From contig CAZUPF010000001.1 in assembly GCA_964622035.1 (NCBI GenBank), positions 1-49,622 on the forward strand: a stretch of 49,622 nucleotides of DNA, written 5' to 3'. The translations under genes and the position numbers were made by a program. Below are positions 1 through 7,906 of the stretch, piece after piece (position 1 is the stretch's first letter; each line of letters begins with the position of its first letter). Source of the DNA: an uncultured Candidatus Saccharibacteria bacterium (GTDB lineage Bacteria > Patescibacteriota > WWE3 > JAUXAW01 > JAYEID01). The notes beneath the pieces were generated by a model. It saw only the letters and a list, made by a program, of their open reading frames with translations. It ran no database searches and had not been told where the DNA came from.

Positions 1-310
1 CCCCCTCCCCATCAGCGCACCAAGCTAACGTAGGTAACAGAGCGAAGTGTGGGGTGACTGGCCAAGATTCCAAAGTGAGCGTGGTGTTGAGCAGAGTGGC
101 GCCTAAGCACATCAACACTTCTGGTCGTTTTTCCGCCAGGATCGCACACGCCTTTTGCAAAAACTGCTGTGGCGCACTATCATCCGAGCCTAAATAGATA
201 CTCGTGCTCCTGCCCAGAGACGATAAGAACTGGGTAAGCAAGTGATCTGTGCTCCGTTCCGGCCTTGCCGCCGCCTCTTGTAGCTCCGTTAACAACTCCT
301 TCAGTAACAT
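1..310 (-). CDS. hypothetical protein, truncated by window edge
   Basis: ATG at 310 (minus) preceded by AAAGGGGAAGGGG. Hand translation MLLKELLTELQEAAARPERSTDHLL... stays open for 103 codons to position 1. Absent from the ORF track because no stop is reached. No family recognised. Confidence 0.45.
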   Translation of the reverse strand, partial: MLLKELLTELQEAAARPERSTDHLLTQFLSSLGRSTSIYLGSDDSAPQQFLQKACAILAEKRPEVLMCLGATLLNTTLTLESWPVTPHFALLPTLAWCADGEG

Positions 311-506
311 GCCCCTTCCCCTTTCGCTAACTAACAGACCCCTCCAAAAACTCTGACAACGGACCCTATCATAATGGAATCTATAAGCTGTTTCAAGCAG
401 CTAAGCGAGCCATTGCGCCTTGGAGACTTCTTTGGTAGTATTCTTATCTAAGATAGGTTAATGGGACTGAGAAGCACGAAAACGAAGAAGGGGGAGATGA
501 TATAGT

Positions 507-992
507 ATGTCTACGGGACGATCACCGAGGGTTACCGCCTGGCCTGATAGTGGCCAGACGCCAGCACAGGACTTTGTTAATATCCTTGATGAAGAGGGCA
601 CGAATGTTATCGTGGCCTATGAGAAAAACGCGGGAAGTCCCGAGAACGCTAGTCCCGAAGAAGTCCTGCTCGTGATACTGGAACCACAGTGCCTTGGAGA
701 AGCCGATAGGCTCTGCGGAAGTGGGAGTATTTTTCTGGATGGTAATTTGTTGGAAATTACCGGTGGGAATATTGTGCACACCCTAGCTGAGGAAGGTGCA
801 AGCTTTGTGGTAGTACGGGACCCCAACCAGAAGGTACTCTTCATCGCCGCAAGGCCACAAGCTGTGCCGAAGCTACTTGCAGCGGTGTCTCGCAGGTACC
901 TGAGTTCCGCTGTATTGCGAAGCTTATCGGGTTGGGTCAGCGAGAAAATACGTAAGGGGGGCGAGGTTCCGGAGCCGAACTTACTGGCCTAA
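507..992 (+). CDS. hypothetical protein (161 aa)
   Basis: Intact ORF with GGGGGAG about 10 nt upstream of the ATG. Divergent from the 1..310 gene. No motif recognised. Confidence 0.6.
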   Translation: MSTGRSPRVTAWPDSGQTPAQDFVNILDEEGTNVIVAYEKNAGSPENASPEEVLLVILEPQCLGEADRLCGSGSIFLDGNLLEITGGNIVHTLAEEGASFVVVRDPNQKVLFIAARPQAVPKLLAAVSRRYLSSAVLRSLSGWVSEKIRKGGEVPEPNLLA

Positions 993-1037
993 CAGCTAGT
1001 GAGCGCCGGCTCGTACTTTTGGGGTACGAGCGCGTTC

Positions 1038-2303
1038 TCAGTCAACAAAGGTCAGGGCAACACCCTTTTTGCCCACTCTTCCCGTCCGGCCAATCCGGTG
1101 CACATAATCATTATATGATCCAGGCACATCGTAGTTGATGACATGGGTTATATCCTCTATGTCGAGCCCCCTAGAGGCCACATCAGTAGCCAGTAGAACC
1201 TGAACCTTGTTATCTCTTAGCATCTTTACCGCCCGCAGCCGCTGGGCCTGGCTCTTGTTACCGTGAATTGCCGCGGCCCTAAAACCCCGCGCTGTCAGGC
1301 TTGTTGCCAATTTATTCACTCCCCATTTGGTGCGGCCAAAAACCAAAACCTTCTTAAACTCCTCGTTGGTCAGGAGTTGGTGAAGAATATCTAACTTGTT
1401 TTTGCCCCGAGTCCGAATTATGTCTTGATCAACATTCCGGGGGGTTGCGCCAGTTTTTACCGACACAGTTACCGGGTTGGTTAGAAATTCGTTCATTACT
1501 TTCTCAGTTTCCCTGGGCAGTGTGGCCGAGAAAAACAAAGACTGGCGCTTCTGTGGTAGGAGCGAAACCAGGTGTCGAATATCATGGATGAAGCCCATAT
1601 CCAGCATCCGATCCACCTCATCGAGCACAATGTTTTGACACTGGCCCAAACGCAAAATCCGCCGCTCTTCTAGATCTTTTAGTCTCCCGGGGGTGCCGAT
1701 CACAAAATTCGGCTGGCGTGACAACTGGCGGGCCTGGTTGCTCAGTGACACACCACCGATGCACAGGGTTGAAAAAATCCCCGCCCCTCGGCTAAACCGG
1801 CCAAGCTCATCTTGAATCTGTGCAGCCAGTTCTCGAGTGGGGGTTACGATCAAAACATGTTGGTTTCGGTCTTTTGCTACCTTGGTAATCAACGGCAGCA
1901 AAAAAGCCGCCGTTTTTCCGGTTCCGGTGTTGGCCACACCAACCAAGTCTCTCCCTTCCAATATTGGGTTTATTGCCTGATCCTGAACGGCAGTTGGTTT
2001 GTCAAAGCCGCACGCCAGAACATTCTTTTTTACCGTATCATCTAAAGGAAAATCCGCAAAACTATGCACAGGAGCATAGGGAGTTTCGGCCACATTGGAC
2101 GCTTTTCTGACGAACATTAGGGGATTCAAAGAGGCCCCTTTGTTTCGGTAGCCACCGCGACCTCCGGACCTGTTTTTCTGCCCGCGAAAACCACGGGAAC
2201 GACCACGCTGATAGTTGCTCATTTTGTTAGAATAACGACTTTTAGAAGGAGACGATTCGGAAGGAGGAAGGTACGAGTACCTAGACCAAGTAAACCGACT
2301 CAA
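1038..2303 (-). CDS. DEAD-box ATP-dependent RNA helicase with N-terminal RG-rich tail
   Basis: Motifs read in translation: Q-motif region (TAVQDQAI), I ANTGTGKTAAF, Ia PTRELA, Ib TPGR, II DEVD, III SAT, V ATDVASRGLDI, VI HRIGRTGR. Internal ATG at 2222 (MSNYQRGRSRG...) is an alternative start. Confidence 0.92.
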   Translation of the reverse strand: MSRFTWSRYSYLPPSESSPSKSRYSNKMSNYQRGRSRGFRGQKNRSGGRGGYRNKGASLNPLMFVRKASNVAETPYAPVHSFADFPLDDTVKKNVLACGFDKPTAVQDQAINPILEGRDLVGVANTGTGKTAAFLLPLITKVAKDRNQHVLIVTPTRELAAQIQDELGRFSRGAGIFSTLCIGGVSLSNQARQLSRQPNFVIGTPGRLKDLEERRILRLGQCQNIVLDEVDRMLDMGFIHDIRHLVSLLPQKRQSLFFSATLPRETEKVMNEFLTNPVTVSVKTGATPRNVDQDIIRTRGKNKLDILHQLLTNEEFKKVLVFGRTKWGVNKLATSLTARGFRAAAIHGNKSQAQRLRAVKMLRDNKVQVLLATDVASRGLDIEDITHVINYDVPGSYNDYVHRIGRTGRVGKKGVALTFVD

Positions 2304-2511
2304 ATATCAGTATTAACTACTGACGGACATCTAAGGCTAACGGGGGGAATTGTAGCACACTTGGTCGCCGTTGTCCAGTACATAGCAAGTGCTCCCCCCT
2401 CCCGCCCCGACGGCAATGTGGTCCGTCCGGTCTATGAATTTGTCAAAAGACTGTAGGAATGGGATTTGCAATAGGTAGGCTCTTGGTAGGGCTTGGTTAC
2501 AGCGGAAAGAG

Positions 2512-2540
2512 AAAAAAAGGGGGGGGAAAGAGACCCCCCC
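2512..2540 (-). terminator. intrinsic terminator-like G7/C8 hairpin plus U7
   Basis: In minus-strand RNA, G7 (2540-2534) pairs with C8 (2526-2519) across a 7-nt loop, followed by U7 (2518-2512). It lies 53 nt downstream of the stop of 2593..3138. Confidence 0.6.
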
Positions 2541-2592
2541 TGGTACGCATGTAGTGTACACGCGATAGGGGGGGTGTTTTTGCTTCGTGAGC

Positions 2593-3138
2593 CTACCAGG
2601 AGCCGAATGGCGCAGCGGCGTGAGCAGGCTCGTCGGTCCGCTGGACCCGCGCAAGAATGGTTTTGGGAACAGCGAGGCCCATCTCCTGCTCGTTGATGAG
2701 CACCGCAATCTCGCAGAAGTCGTCCGTAAGGATCTGGCTAACGGTCACCACGTCACCCTCTTCCAGATCCGCCTCCCTGAGGTCATTCGCAAGCGCCCTA
2801 GCGAGGGTGGTCCTTTGGCGCTCGCTAAACCCCGCACTGTCGCCGGGATACTCATCAATCTTGACGATCTTGGCCCGATCCCCCGGCTTCAGCTCGGTTT
2901 CAAGCAACCGGCGCCCCATCTGAAGCACTCCCCCAGTAGCTGCTCTGAGTAGCATATCCCCGAGGTCGTTCGCGGCGAGTATGCCCAACGTTGCGGGCTT
3001 CAGATCTACGATAAACCGCGAAACAGCAGTCCAAACAGGAGCTGGGATATTACCCGCCCCGTCGTCGAGGTCCCTTAGGGTAAACCCAAATTTCTCAAGA
3101 ACTCTCTTCGCAATCTTCTCCGTTAACGTTAGCGTCAT
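2593..3138 (-). CDS. hypothetical protein (181 aa)
   Basis: AGGAGGTG just upstream of ATG 3138, with its own promoter and terminator. Segment RRLLETELKPGDRAKIVKI is faintly FeoA/SH3-like, but no family is recognised. Confidence 0.7.
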   Translation of the reverse strand: MTLTLTEKIAKRVLEKFGFTLRDLDDGAGNIPAPVWTAVSRFIVDLKPATLGILAANDLGDMLLRAATGGVLQMGRRLLETELKPGDRAKIVKIDEYPGDSAGFSERQRTTLARALANDLREADLEEGDVVTVSQILTDDFCEIAVLINEQEMGLAVPKTILARVQRTDEPAHAAAPFGSW

Positions 3139-3214
3139 TATGCACCTCCTAGGGTTAAGTGACGCATGCTGCGGGCTACCACTTTGGTTAGCCCAAGCTG
3201 TTTAAGATGGGCAG

Positions 3215-3243
3215 ATTATAGCGCAAATAGGGGTAAATTACAA
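3215..3243 (-). promoter_or_regulatory. sigma70-type promoter for 2593..3138
   Basis: TTGTAA (3243-3238), 17 nt, TATAAT (3220-3215) on the minus strand, about 75 nt upstream of the ATG. Confidence 0.5.
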
Positions 3244-3306
3244 GTCTATGGGGTAAAGCGGTCTCACCTTGGCCAGTTGCCTTACTACTTAACAAGCTAT
3301 TCGTAA

Positions 3307-3332
3307 CCTCGCGGGCGACTTCGCCCGCGAGG
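3307..3332 (-). terminator. GC-rich hairpin downstream of the ECF operon (no U tract)
   Basis: Perfect 11-bp stem CCTCGCGGGCG/CGCCCGCGAGG with a 4-nt loop, 19 nt past the stop at 3351. No U tract, so termination activity is uncertain. Confidence 0.4.
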
Positions 3333-3350
3333 ACTCCTCCTAAGTGTCGC

Positions 3351-3743
3351 TTAGCGCCTCAGACCAAACCCACCGGAACCGTCCGCCGGACACTCGCCAC
3401 GCGCTGCTCGCCGCTCCTCTCGTGCCTCCATTCGCTCTGCTATCACCTCTTCCGAAAAACCCCGCTCGGCCCAACGGGCGCGAGCCCCCTCACCCATCCG
3501 CTCGTGCAGCTCTTCCCGACTTACGCCCCGCTCTTCCATAATCTCCGGGAAAGTGCTCTCTTCTAAAGCCCCCTCGAGCTCCTCCACACTCATTCCCAGC
3601 GTTTCGGCCTTCGTTTCCAACATCCGCTCCCGACCGAATCCCCGACCGCCAAAACCCTCCTTAACCGCCGCCAGCGCTGGTTGCGCCAGAACCGCTCCCG
3701 CCAGAGCCAAGGTAACTAAACCTGCAAAAAATAGCTTAGACAT
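3351..3743 (-). CDS. secreted Glu/Arg-rich helical protein, last gene of the ECF sigma operon
   Basis: Preferred start ATG 3743 with AAGGGGGGTGA upstream. MSKLFFAGLVTLALAGAVLAQPALA looks like a signal peptide. The mature part has repeated acidic helices (EELEGALEE, REELHERMGE, EEVIAERMEAREERR). Confidence 0.7.
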   Translation of the reverse strand: MSKLFFAGLVTLALAGAVLAQPALAAVKEGFGGRGFGRERMLETKAETLGMSVEELEGALEESTFPEIMEERGVSREELHERMGEGARARWAERGFSEEVIAERMEAREERRAARGECPADGSGGFGLRR

Positions 3744-3795
3744 CTTTTCATCACCCCCCTTCATTTAGTAATACAAACGAGAGGGGGAATTTCTT

Positions 3796-4536
3796 TCAGA
3801 AATCACGGAGAGGGGCGCGGCGAGGAGGTTTTTGCCGGCCCTTAACCTGCGGTACGGATTCTGTTCGCCAGTGGAGACCCCCGCAGCCGATTCCCTTGGC
3901 TAGAAAAACAGCACCCTGCCACTTACCCACTACCCGAACCCGCTGCCCGATCTCAAAATCAGCACCAAAAGGTAGCAGAGTATTCTCGTCCAAAACTACA
4001 GCAACCGTCTCCCCTTGAGGTGTAACCAGCACCACTCGCCGTTCCGCAACCTCGGCTACTTGACCAACTACCCAAGTTCGTCCGGAAAACTGGCTCTGCT
4101 GTAGCCGCTGGTCCCAACGGCGCGCCACCCGCTCACTAACCCCACTCAAATCCAAAAACAATCCCAAAGCCAGAACCAAGGTAACCAGCCCGGTAATAAG
4201 TCCTAAAAAGCTAACTCGGTAAGAGGCCTCGTAGCGCCGCAGCAGAAAAACACCCAGAGCGGTGCTAGCCAGAGCGAAAAGAACACTCAACCACGGGAGG
4301 GTGGCCAAAAAAGGCCGCAAGCCAAAGCTGCCAAACCAGAGATACCCAAACGGCCCAATCGTCCGCAGGCGCCAAAAAACTAACTGGGCGAAGAAGACAG
4401 CCAAAAGTAACACTCCAGCCAAACCCACCCCTAAGAAAACCGTTCCCAGCAGGAAGTAGGCCTTGGATTTCATCCGGGCCTCGCCCCGACCAATCCTCCC
4501 CATTACTTTTTGAGCTAACTGTTCATTTTCGGCCAT
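3796..4536 (-). CDS. polytopic membrane protein, putative anti-sigma factor (by position)
   Basis: ATG 4536 is preceded by AGGAGGGGGG and overlaps the sigma gene stop by 14 nt. Short N-terminus, several hydrophobic helices, then a beta-rich C-terminal domain. Confidence 0.65.
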   Translation of the reverse strand: MAENEQLAQKVMGRIGRGEARMKSKAYFLLGTVFLGVGLAGVLLLAVFFAQLVFWRLRTIGPFGYLWFGSFGLRPFLATLPWLSVLFALASTALGVFLLRRYEASYRVSFLGLITGLVTLVLALGLFLDLSGVSERVARRWDQRLQQSQFSGRTWVVGQVAEVAERRVVLVTPQGETVAVVLDENTLLPFGADFEIGQRVRVVGKWQGAVFLAKGIGCGGLHWRTESVPQVKGRQKPPRRAPLRDF

Positions 4537-5101
4537 AATTCTTGCCCCCCTCCTGAGTGCAGATTCCCCGAGCCAGCTTTTTACCACGGCGCAATCGTGT
4601 GCCTACCGTACCCACGGATATCCGCAATACATTGCTAATTTCAGCATAAGACTTTTCCTCAAGATAGAAAAGAACTAATGGGGCGCTATATTTTAATGGT
4701 AGCTGATCCAGACACTCCCCAAGCAGTTCCTCCGCCTCTTCCTTTTCCAAAATCTCTTCCGGTCCCCGATCTCGCGTTGCTAACCGCTGCAAAAATGGCT
4801 CATCTAGGGGAAGCTCTCGCCGATACTTTTTAATATAATTTAGAGCCCCATTATGCACAATCCGGTAAATCCAGCTAGAAAAACTCTTTTTAGTATTGAA
4901 CCCCCGCAGGTTAATAAAGGCCTTAATAAACGCTTCTTGGACCACATCCTCTGCCCGCCCCCGATCACGCAGGAAGTACCCGGCGTAGCGGAGTAGCTTC
5001 TCTTGATAACGACCAACGAGCTCGGCATAGAGCTCTTGATCCTCACTGCGGACTAATTCCACCAGCTGCTCATCACTAAGATCTTCTGTAGTATTTTTCA
5101 T
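4523..5101 (-). CDS. ECF-type RNA polymerase sigma-70 factor
   Basis: Region 2 (DVVQEAFIKAFINLRGF ... FSSWIYRIVHNGALNYIKK) and region 4 HTH (SYAEISNVLRISVGTVGTRLRRGKKLA). AGGGAGGGA precedes the ATG. Confidence 0.9.
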   Translation of the reverse strand: MKNTTEDLSDEQLVELVRSEDQELYAELVGRYQEKLLRYAGYFLRDRGRAEDVVQEAFIKAFINLRGFNTKKSFSSWIYRIVHNGALNYIKKYRRELPLDEPFLQRLATRDRGPEEILEKEEAEELLGECLDQLPLKYSAPLVLFYLEEKSYAEISNVLRISVGTVGTRLRRGKKLARGICTQEGGKNYGRK

Positions 5102-5153
5102 TCCCTCCCTATATTAATACAATTTGGAAAGAGTTTTCTTTCGCCGGTACGAT

Positions 5154-5201
5154 CTCTAAAAAGAAAAACTCCCCAGGAGGTATAAACCTTTTGGGGAGTT
5201 T
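5154..5201 (-). terminator. intrinsic terminator
   Basis: Minus RNA has a 10-bp stem AAACTCCCCA/TGGGGAGTTT (5201-5166) followed by TTTTCTTTTT. Downstream of the stop at 5226. Confidence 0.7.
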
Positions 5202-5225
5202 CGGTTGCTGGAACAGGGCACTCGC

Positions 5226-5525
5226 TTACCCAACGCGGGCCCAACGGGCACGGGTCTTTGCATCAACGCTAACCCAGAACGCTGCTTGCATCCAAAGTAT
5301 CCCTAAAATACCTAGTAGGGCAAGCTTCGGTAGCGTCATCGGTACCCACACCACCATTAGCGCCTCCAAAACAAGGCACATTCTCGCGATAGCAACCACT
5401 AGGAGAACGCACACTAACAACAACCCCGGGCTTACCCGGCAACGTGCGGCGCGCCTGTCTAGCACAGACGAGGTAACGGCAGCTGTCGCTACCAACAACC
5501 AGGGACATATATAGAATAGAATCAA
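5226..5525 (-). CDS. small hydrophobic membrane protein
   Basis: ORF 5226..5546. The best start is TTG 5525, with GAAGGAGG 5 nt upstream. A terminator follows. Confidence 0.55.
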   Translation of the reverse strand: MILFYICPWLLVATAAVTSSVLDRRAARCRVSPGLLLVCVLLVVAIARMCLVLEALMVVWVPMTLPKLALLGILGILWMQAAFWVSVDAKTRARWARVG

Positions 5526-5630
5526 GGTCGCCTCCTTCTTCTGCAAACTACTGAAACATCTCCCTTTTCCGATTAGGATCTAAGTGTAACAGGAAAAACA
5601 GCCGTGGTCAATCTTATAGTTAGAAGAGGA

Positions 5631-5936
5631 CTAAGAAACAACGAGAATAAGAACAATAACCAGGACAAAGAGAGCTAGCCACGCGGCCGTAGCCACAACT
5701 AGTTTTAGAGCCTCCACCCGCTGCTTCTTTTCCCAAAACAGGATAATTGGGTAGCCCAAACCGATCAGGGACGAGATTAAGACCGAGGCAACAAAAAGAA
5801 GGAGAAGGAATACCGGACCCCAAAAGTTCGCCATTGGGCCGAACCAGTGCTCTCCCTGCCAAAACACCAGCCCCACTAGTCCGCAGTAAACCACCAATCC
5901 CAAAGCTTGAAGAAAGGCAATAAATAAATTACTCAT
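5631..5936 (-). CDS. small membrane protein (about 100 aa, 3 hydrophobic helices)
   Basis: ORF 5631..5966. ATG 5936 (MSNLFIAFLQALGLVVY...) is preferred, with TATACT about 18 nt upstream. Confidence 0.6.
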   Translation of the reverse strand: MSNLFIAFLQALGLVVYCGLVGLVFWQGEHWFGPMANFWGPVFLLLLFVASVLISSLIGLGYPIILFWEKKQRVEALKLVVATAAWLALFVLVIVLILVVS

Positions 5937-5978
5937 CCTCAACCCTCTGCTCACAGTATACACCAATTAGACACCGCT

Positions 5979-6019
5979 GAAAAAAGAACTCCCCTGGAAG
6001 ATGTTACTTCGGGGGAGTT
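5979..6019 (-). terminator. intrinsic terminator after plsC
   Basis: Minus RNA has an 8-bp stem AACTCCCC/GGGGAGTT (6019-5987) followed by CTTTTTTC. Confidence 0.7.
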
Positions 6020-6036
6020 ACGAACGCGGCCAGCTG

Positions 6037-6660
6037 TTATGCGTAGTCACCACGCATCCACTTTGGCAGAAGCTCGGCAATTCGCGGCATGATCTGCGTG
6101 TGAGTCGCTTCCCGTAGCATTACCATCTTTACCGGACTATCGGAAGGGAAATCCAAAGTGAAGACCTCCCCTACTATAATGGTAATTTCTGGTCGCCTTA
6201 GCCGAAGCAGCTCTCCCAATGCTCTATTACACCGCAGTATCCCAACCGGAAGTAGCGGTACACCGCCAGCCCGTGAAGCTAAATAGGCTGCCCCAGGTTT
6301 GGCCTTTTTGAGCGTACCATCCGTCCTCGTCCCCTCCGGGGAAATAAGCAAAACCCGCCCGCTGTCGAGAACCGCCTGCGCCGATCTTAGTGCCCCCCTA
6401 TCAACTTCTCCCCTCCGAACAAAGATAAGGTGGCCCAACGCCTTCCCAATCCGCAAGAAGATATTAGAGCGGTGGGCGTACGCTCCGAAACCAACTATCT
6501 CAAAGGGCAGAACGGCGAGAAGGACCACATCCAGAGCAGCCGTGTGATTAAAAACCACCAGCAACGGCCCGCCCTCAGGAATATTCTCCCGACCCACAAC
6601 CTTTAGCCGGAAGAACACCCGGCACAGAAAGCGAAACACACTAGCAAGTAGTTTGTACAC
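6037..6660 (-). CDS. plsC: 1-acyl-sn-glycerol-3-phosphate acyltransferase
   Basis: HX4D acyltransferase motif (FNHTAALDV) and PEGTR block; N-terminal hydrophobic segment. Confidence 0.85.
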   Translation of the reverse strand: MYKLLASVFRFLCRVFFRLKVVGRENIPEGGPLLVVFNHTAALDVVLLAVLPFEIVGFGAYAHRSNIFLRIGKALGHLIFVRRGEVDRGALRSAQAVLDSGRVLLISPEGTRTDGTLKKAKPGAAYLASRAGGVPLLPVGILRCNRALGELLRLRRPEITIIVGEVFTLDFPSDSPVKMVMLREATHTQIMPRIAELLPKWMRGDYA

Positions 6661-6676
6661 TGCCTCCCCCTCTCTA

Positions 6677-6716
6677 GAAAAAGATCTCCCCTGGAAAACG
6701 ACTATCTCCAGGGGAG
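6677..6716 (-). terminator. intrinsic terminator
   Basis: Minus RNA has a 10-bp stem CTCCCCTGGA/TCCAGGGGAG (6716-6686) followed by ATCTTTTTC. It lies 20 nt past the stop at 6736. Confidence 0.7.
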
Positions 6717-6735
6717 TAGCGCGCCGGTTGGGATT

Positions 6736-7038
6736 TTAGCCCCCGAGAAGAACACCGCCCTCGGTTCCATTCTGCCGACGACATTTCCGACCATATTCCT
6801 TTGCTCCCCGAGCCACCCCCTCAGTTGCGGGAAAAACAACGTAGAGAGCAATACCTATATCGGCAAAGGCGGTTACTATTCCGGGCAGGGGGCCCACCAA
6901 ACGGGGGAGTGCTGGCCAGAACGCCCAGAGCGGTGAGTGCCATGAGCACCCGAAGCCCATACGCCGCAAGACATGAGAGGTGCATCTCCGTTTCTCCTTT
7001 CTACAAATACCTCCGCAACACACACTCGATAATTTCAC
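6736..7038 (-). CDS. questionable small membrane protein, frame ambiguous
   Basis: The tracked ORF has no SD. A 54-codon ORF in another frame (6985 down to 6821, MHLSCLAAYGLRVLMALTALGVLAS...) has AAAGGAG 8 nt upstream. The terminator sits right after the stop of the tracked frame. See findings. Confidence 0.3.
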   Translation of the reverse strand: MKLSSVCCGGICRKEKRRCTSHVLRRMGFGCSWHSPLWAFWPALPRLVGPLPGIVTAFADIGIALYVVFPATEGVARGAKEYGRKCRRQNGTEGGVLLGG

Positions 7039-7062
7039 TATAGCACGCAGAAATACGGGACG

Positions 7063-7560
7063 CTACCGCCCACGCTTGGCGGCGTACATCTTCTTATCCG
7101 CCTGAGCGATGAATTTTTCCAGAGAGGCTAGCTGGTCGTCCCACAAAGCAATACCGCAGCTCATCCCCACCCCACCCAACGCACCGACAATACGGTCTGC
7201 TAATAGCTGCGCACCAGCCTGCGATGTTTCGGGAAGCAGAATAACAAACTCGTCCCCACCCCAGCGGGCTGCGAGGTCGCTGTTACGACAGTTTTCTAAA
7301 ATCGCCCCCGCAATTTGCTGCAAAAGCTCGTCCCCCGCTTGATGCCCGCGGGTATCGTTAATCCTCTTAAAATTATCAATATCGAAAAACGCTAGGGCGA
7401 GGGGCCGCTTATGACGGCGAGCGCGGGCAATTTCCTTTTCGGCAACCTCCGTAAAAAACTGCCGGTTGTATAGACCAGTCAAAGAGTCCCGAAAAACCAC
7501 CCCGCTACCGTGTCGGAAAACACGGAGCAGCGCTTTTGTAAAATCGCGAAGTTCCCCCAT
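7063..7560 (-). CDS. stand-alone GGDEF diguanylate cyclase (no sensor domain)
   Basis: LTGLYNRQFF, DIDNFKRINDTRGHQAGD and an intact GGDEF are present. An RxxD I-site (RNSD) lies 5 residues upstream of GGDEF. Only about 25 residues precede the domain. Confidence 0.9.
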   Translation of the reverse strand: MGELRDFTKALLRVFRHGSGVVFRDSLTGLYNRQFFTEVAEKEIARARRHKRPLALAFFDIDNFKRINDTRGHQAGDELLQQIAGAILENCRNSDLAARWGGDEFVILLPETSQAGAQLLADRIVGALGGVGMSCGIALWDDQLASLEKFIAQADKKMYAAKRGR

Positions 7561-7904
7561 TATTGATCCTCCCGCAACTTTTCCAAATTCTCTTTGGCCT
7601 CAGGCGCGTCCGCAAAGAATTTGGCCAACTTCTCGCAAATATACTCGTTACAGTGGGCGCAATTTTCCTTAGCCTTTTCGATGCAGCACTTGGCGATCTC
7701 GCAAAGACCACAGTAGGTGGCCTTGCGCCCCTCCGTTGGGGTGCAGCCGTCACAGGTAATGTCCTCCGGACCGATCTGCTCACCAAACCGCTCTGACCAC
7801 TCGGCCGCGGTTTTAGCTAGACCATCCTGATCGTCCGTCTGTGTTGCTTTATACGCTGGACACTCAGCACAGTCAATTCCACAATAACCAATTTGTTCAG
7901 CCAT
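7560..7904 (-). CDS. Cys-rich DUF3795-type protein
   Basis: Pattern YCGIDCAECPAY...CDGC...YCGLCEIAKCC...CAHCNEYICEKL...APEAKENL matches DUF3795 as I recall it. Its TAA stop overlaps the GGDEF ATG (TAATG). Confidence 0.85.
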   Translation of the reverse strand: MAEQIGYCGIDCAECPAYKATQTDDQDGLAKTAAEWSERFGEQIGPEDITCDGCTPTEGRKATYCGLCEIAKCCIEKAKENCAHCNEYICEKLAKFFADAPEAKENLEKLREDQ

Positions 7905-7906
7905 TT

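Noticed and set aside
445-455. 11-bp palindrome TATCTAAGATA in the divergent 311-506 intergenic region, as an operator
   Set aside because: It is too short and AT-rich to distinguish from chance without comparative data.
2337-2708. 123-aa minus-strand ORF, and the plus-strand ORFs 2493..2696 and 2587..2952
   Set aside because: They span the homopolymer hairpins and terminator or overlap the better-supported 2593..3138 gene. Their translations are Pro/Arg/Ser-rich.
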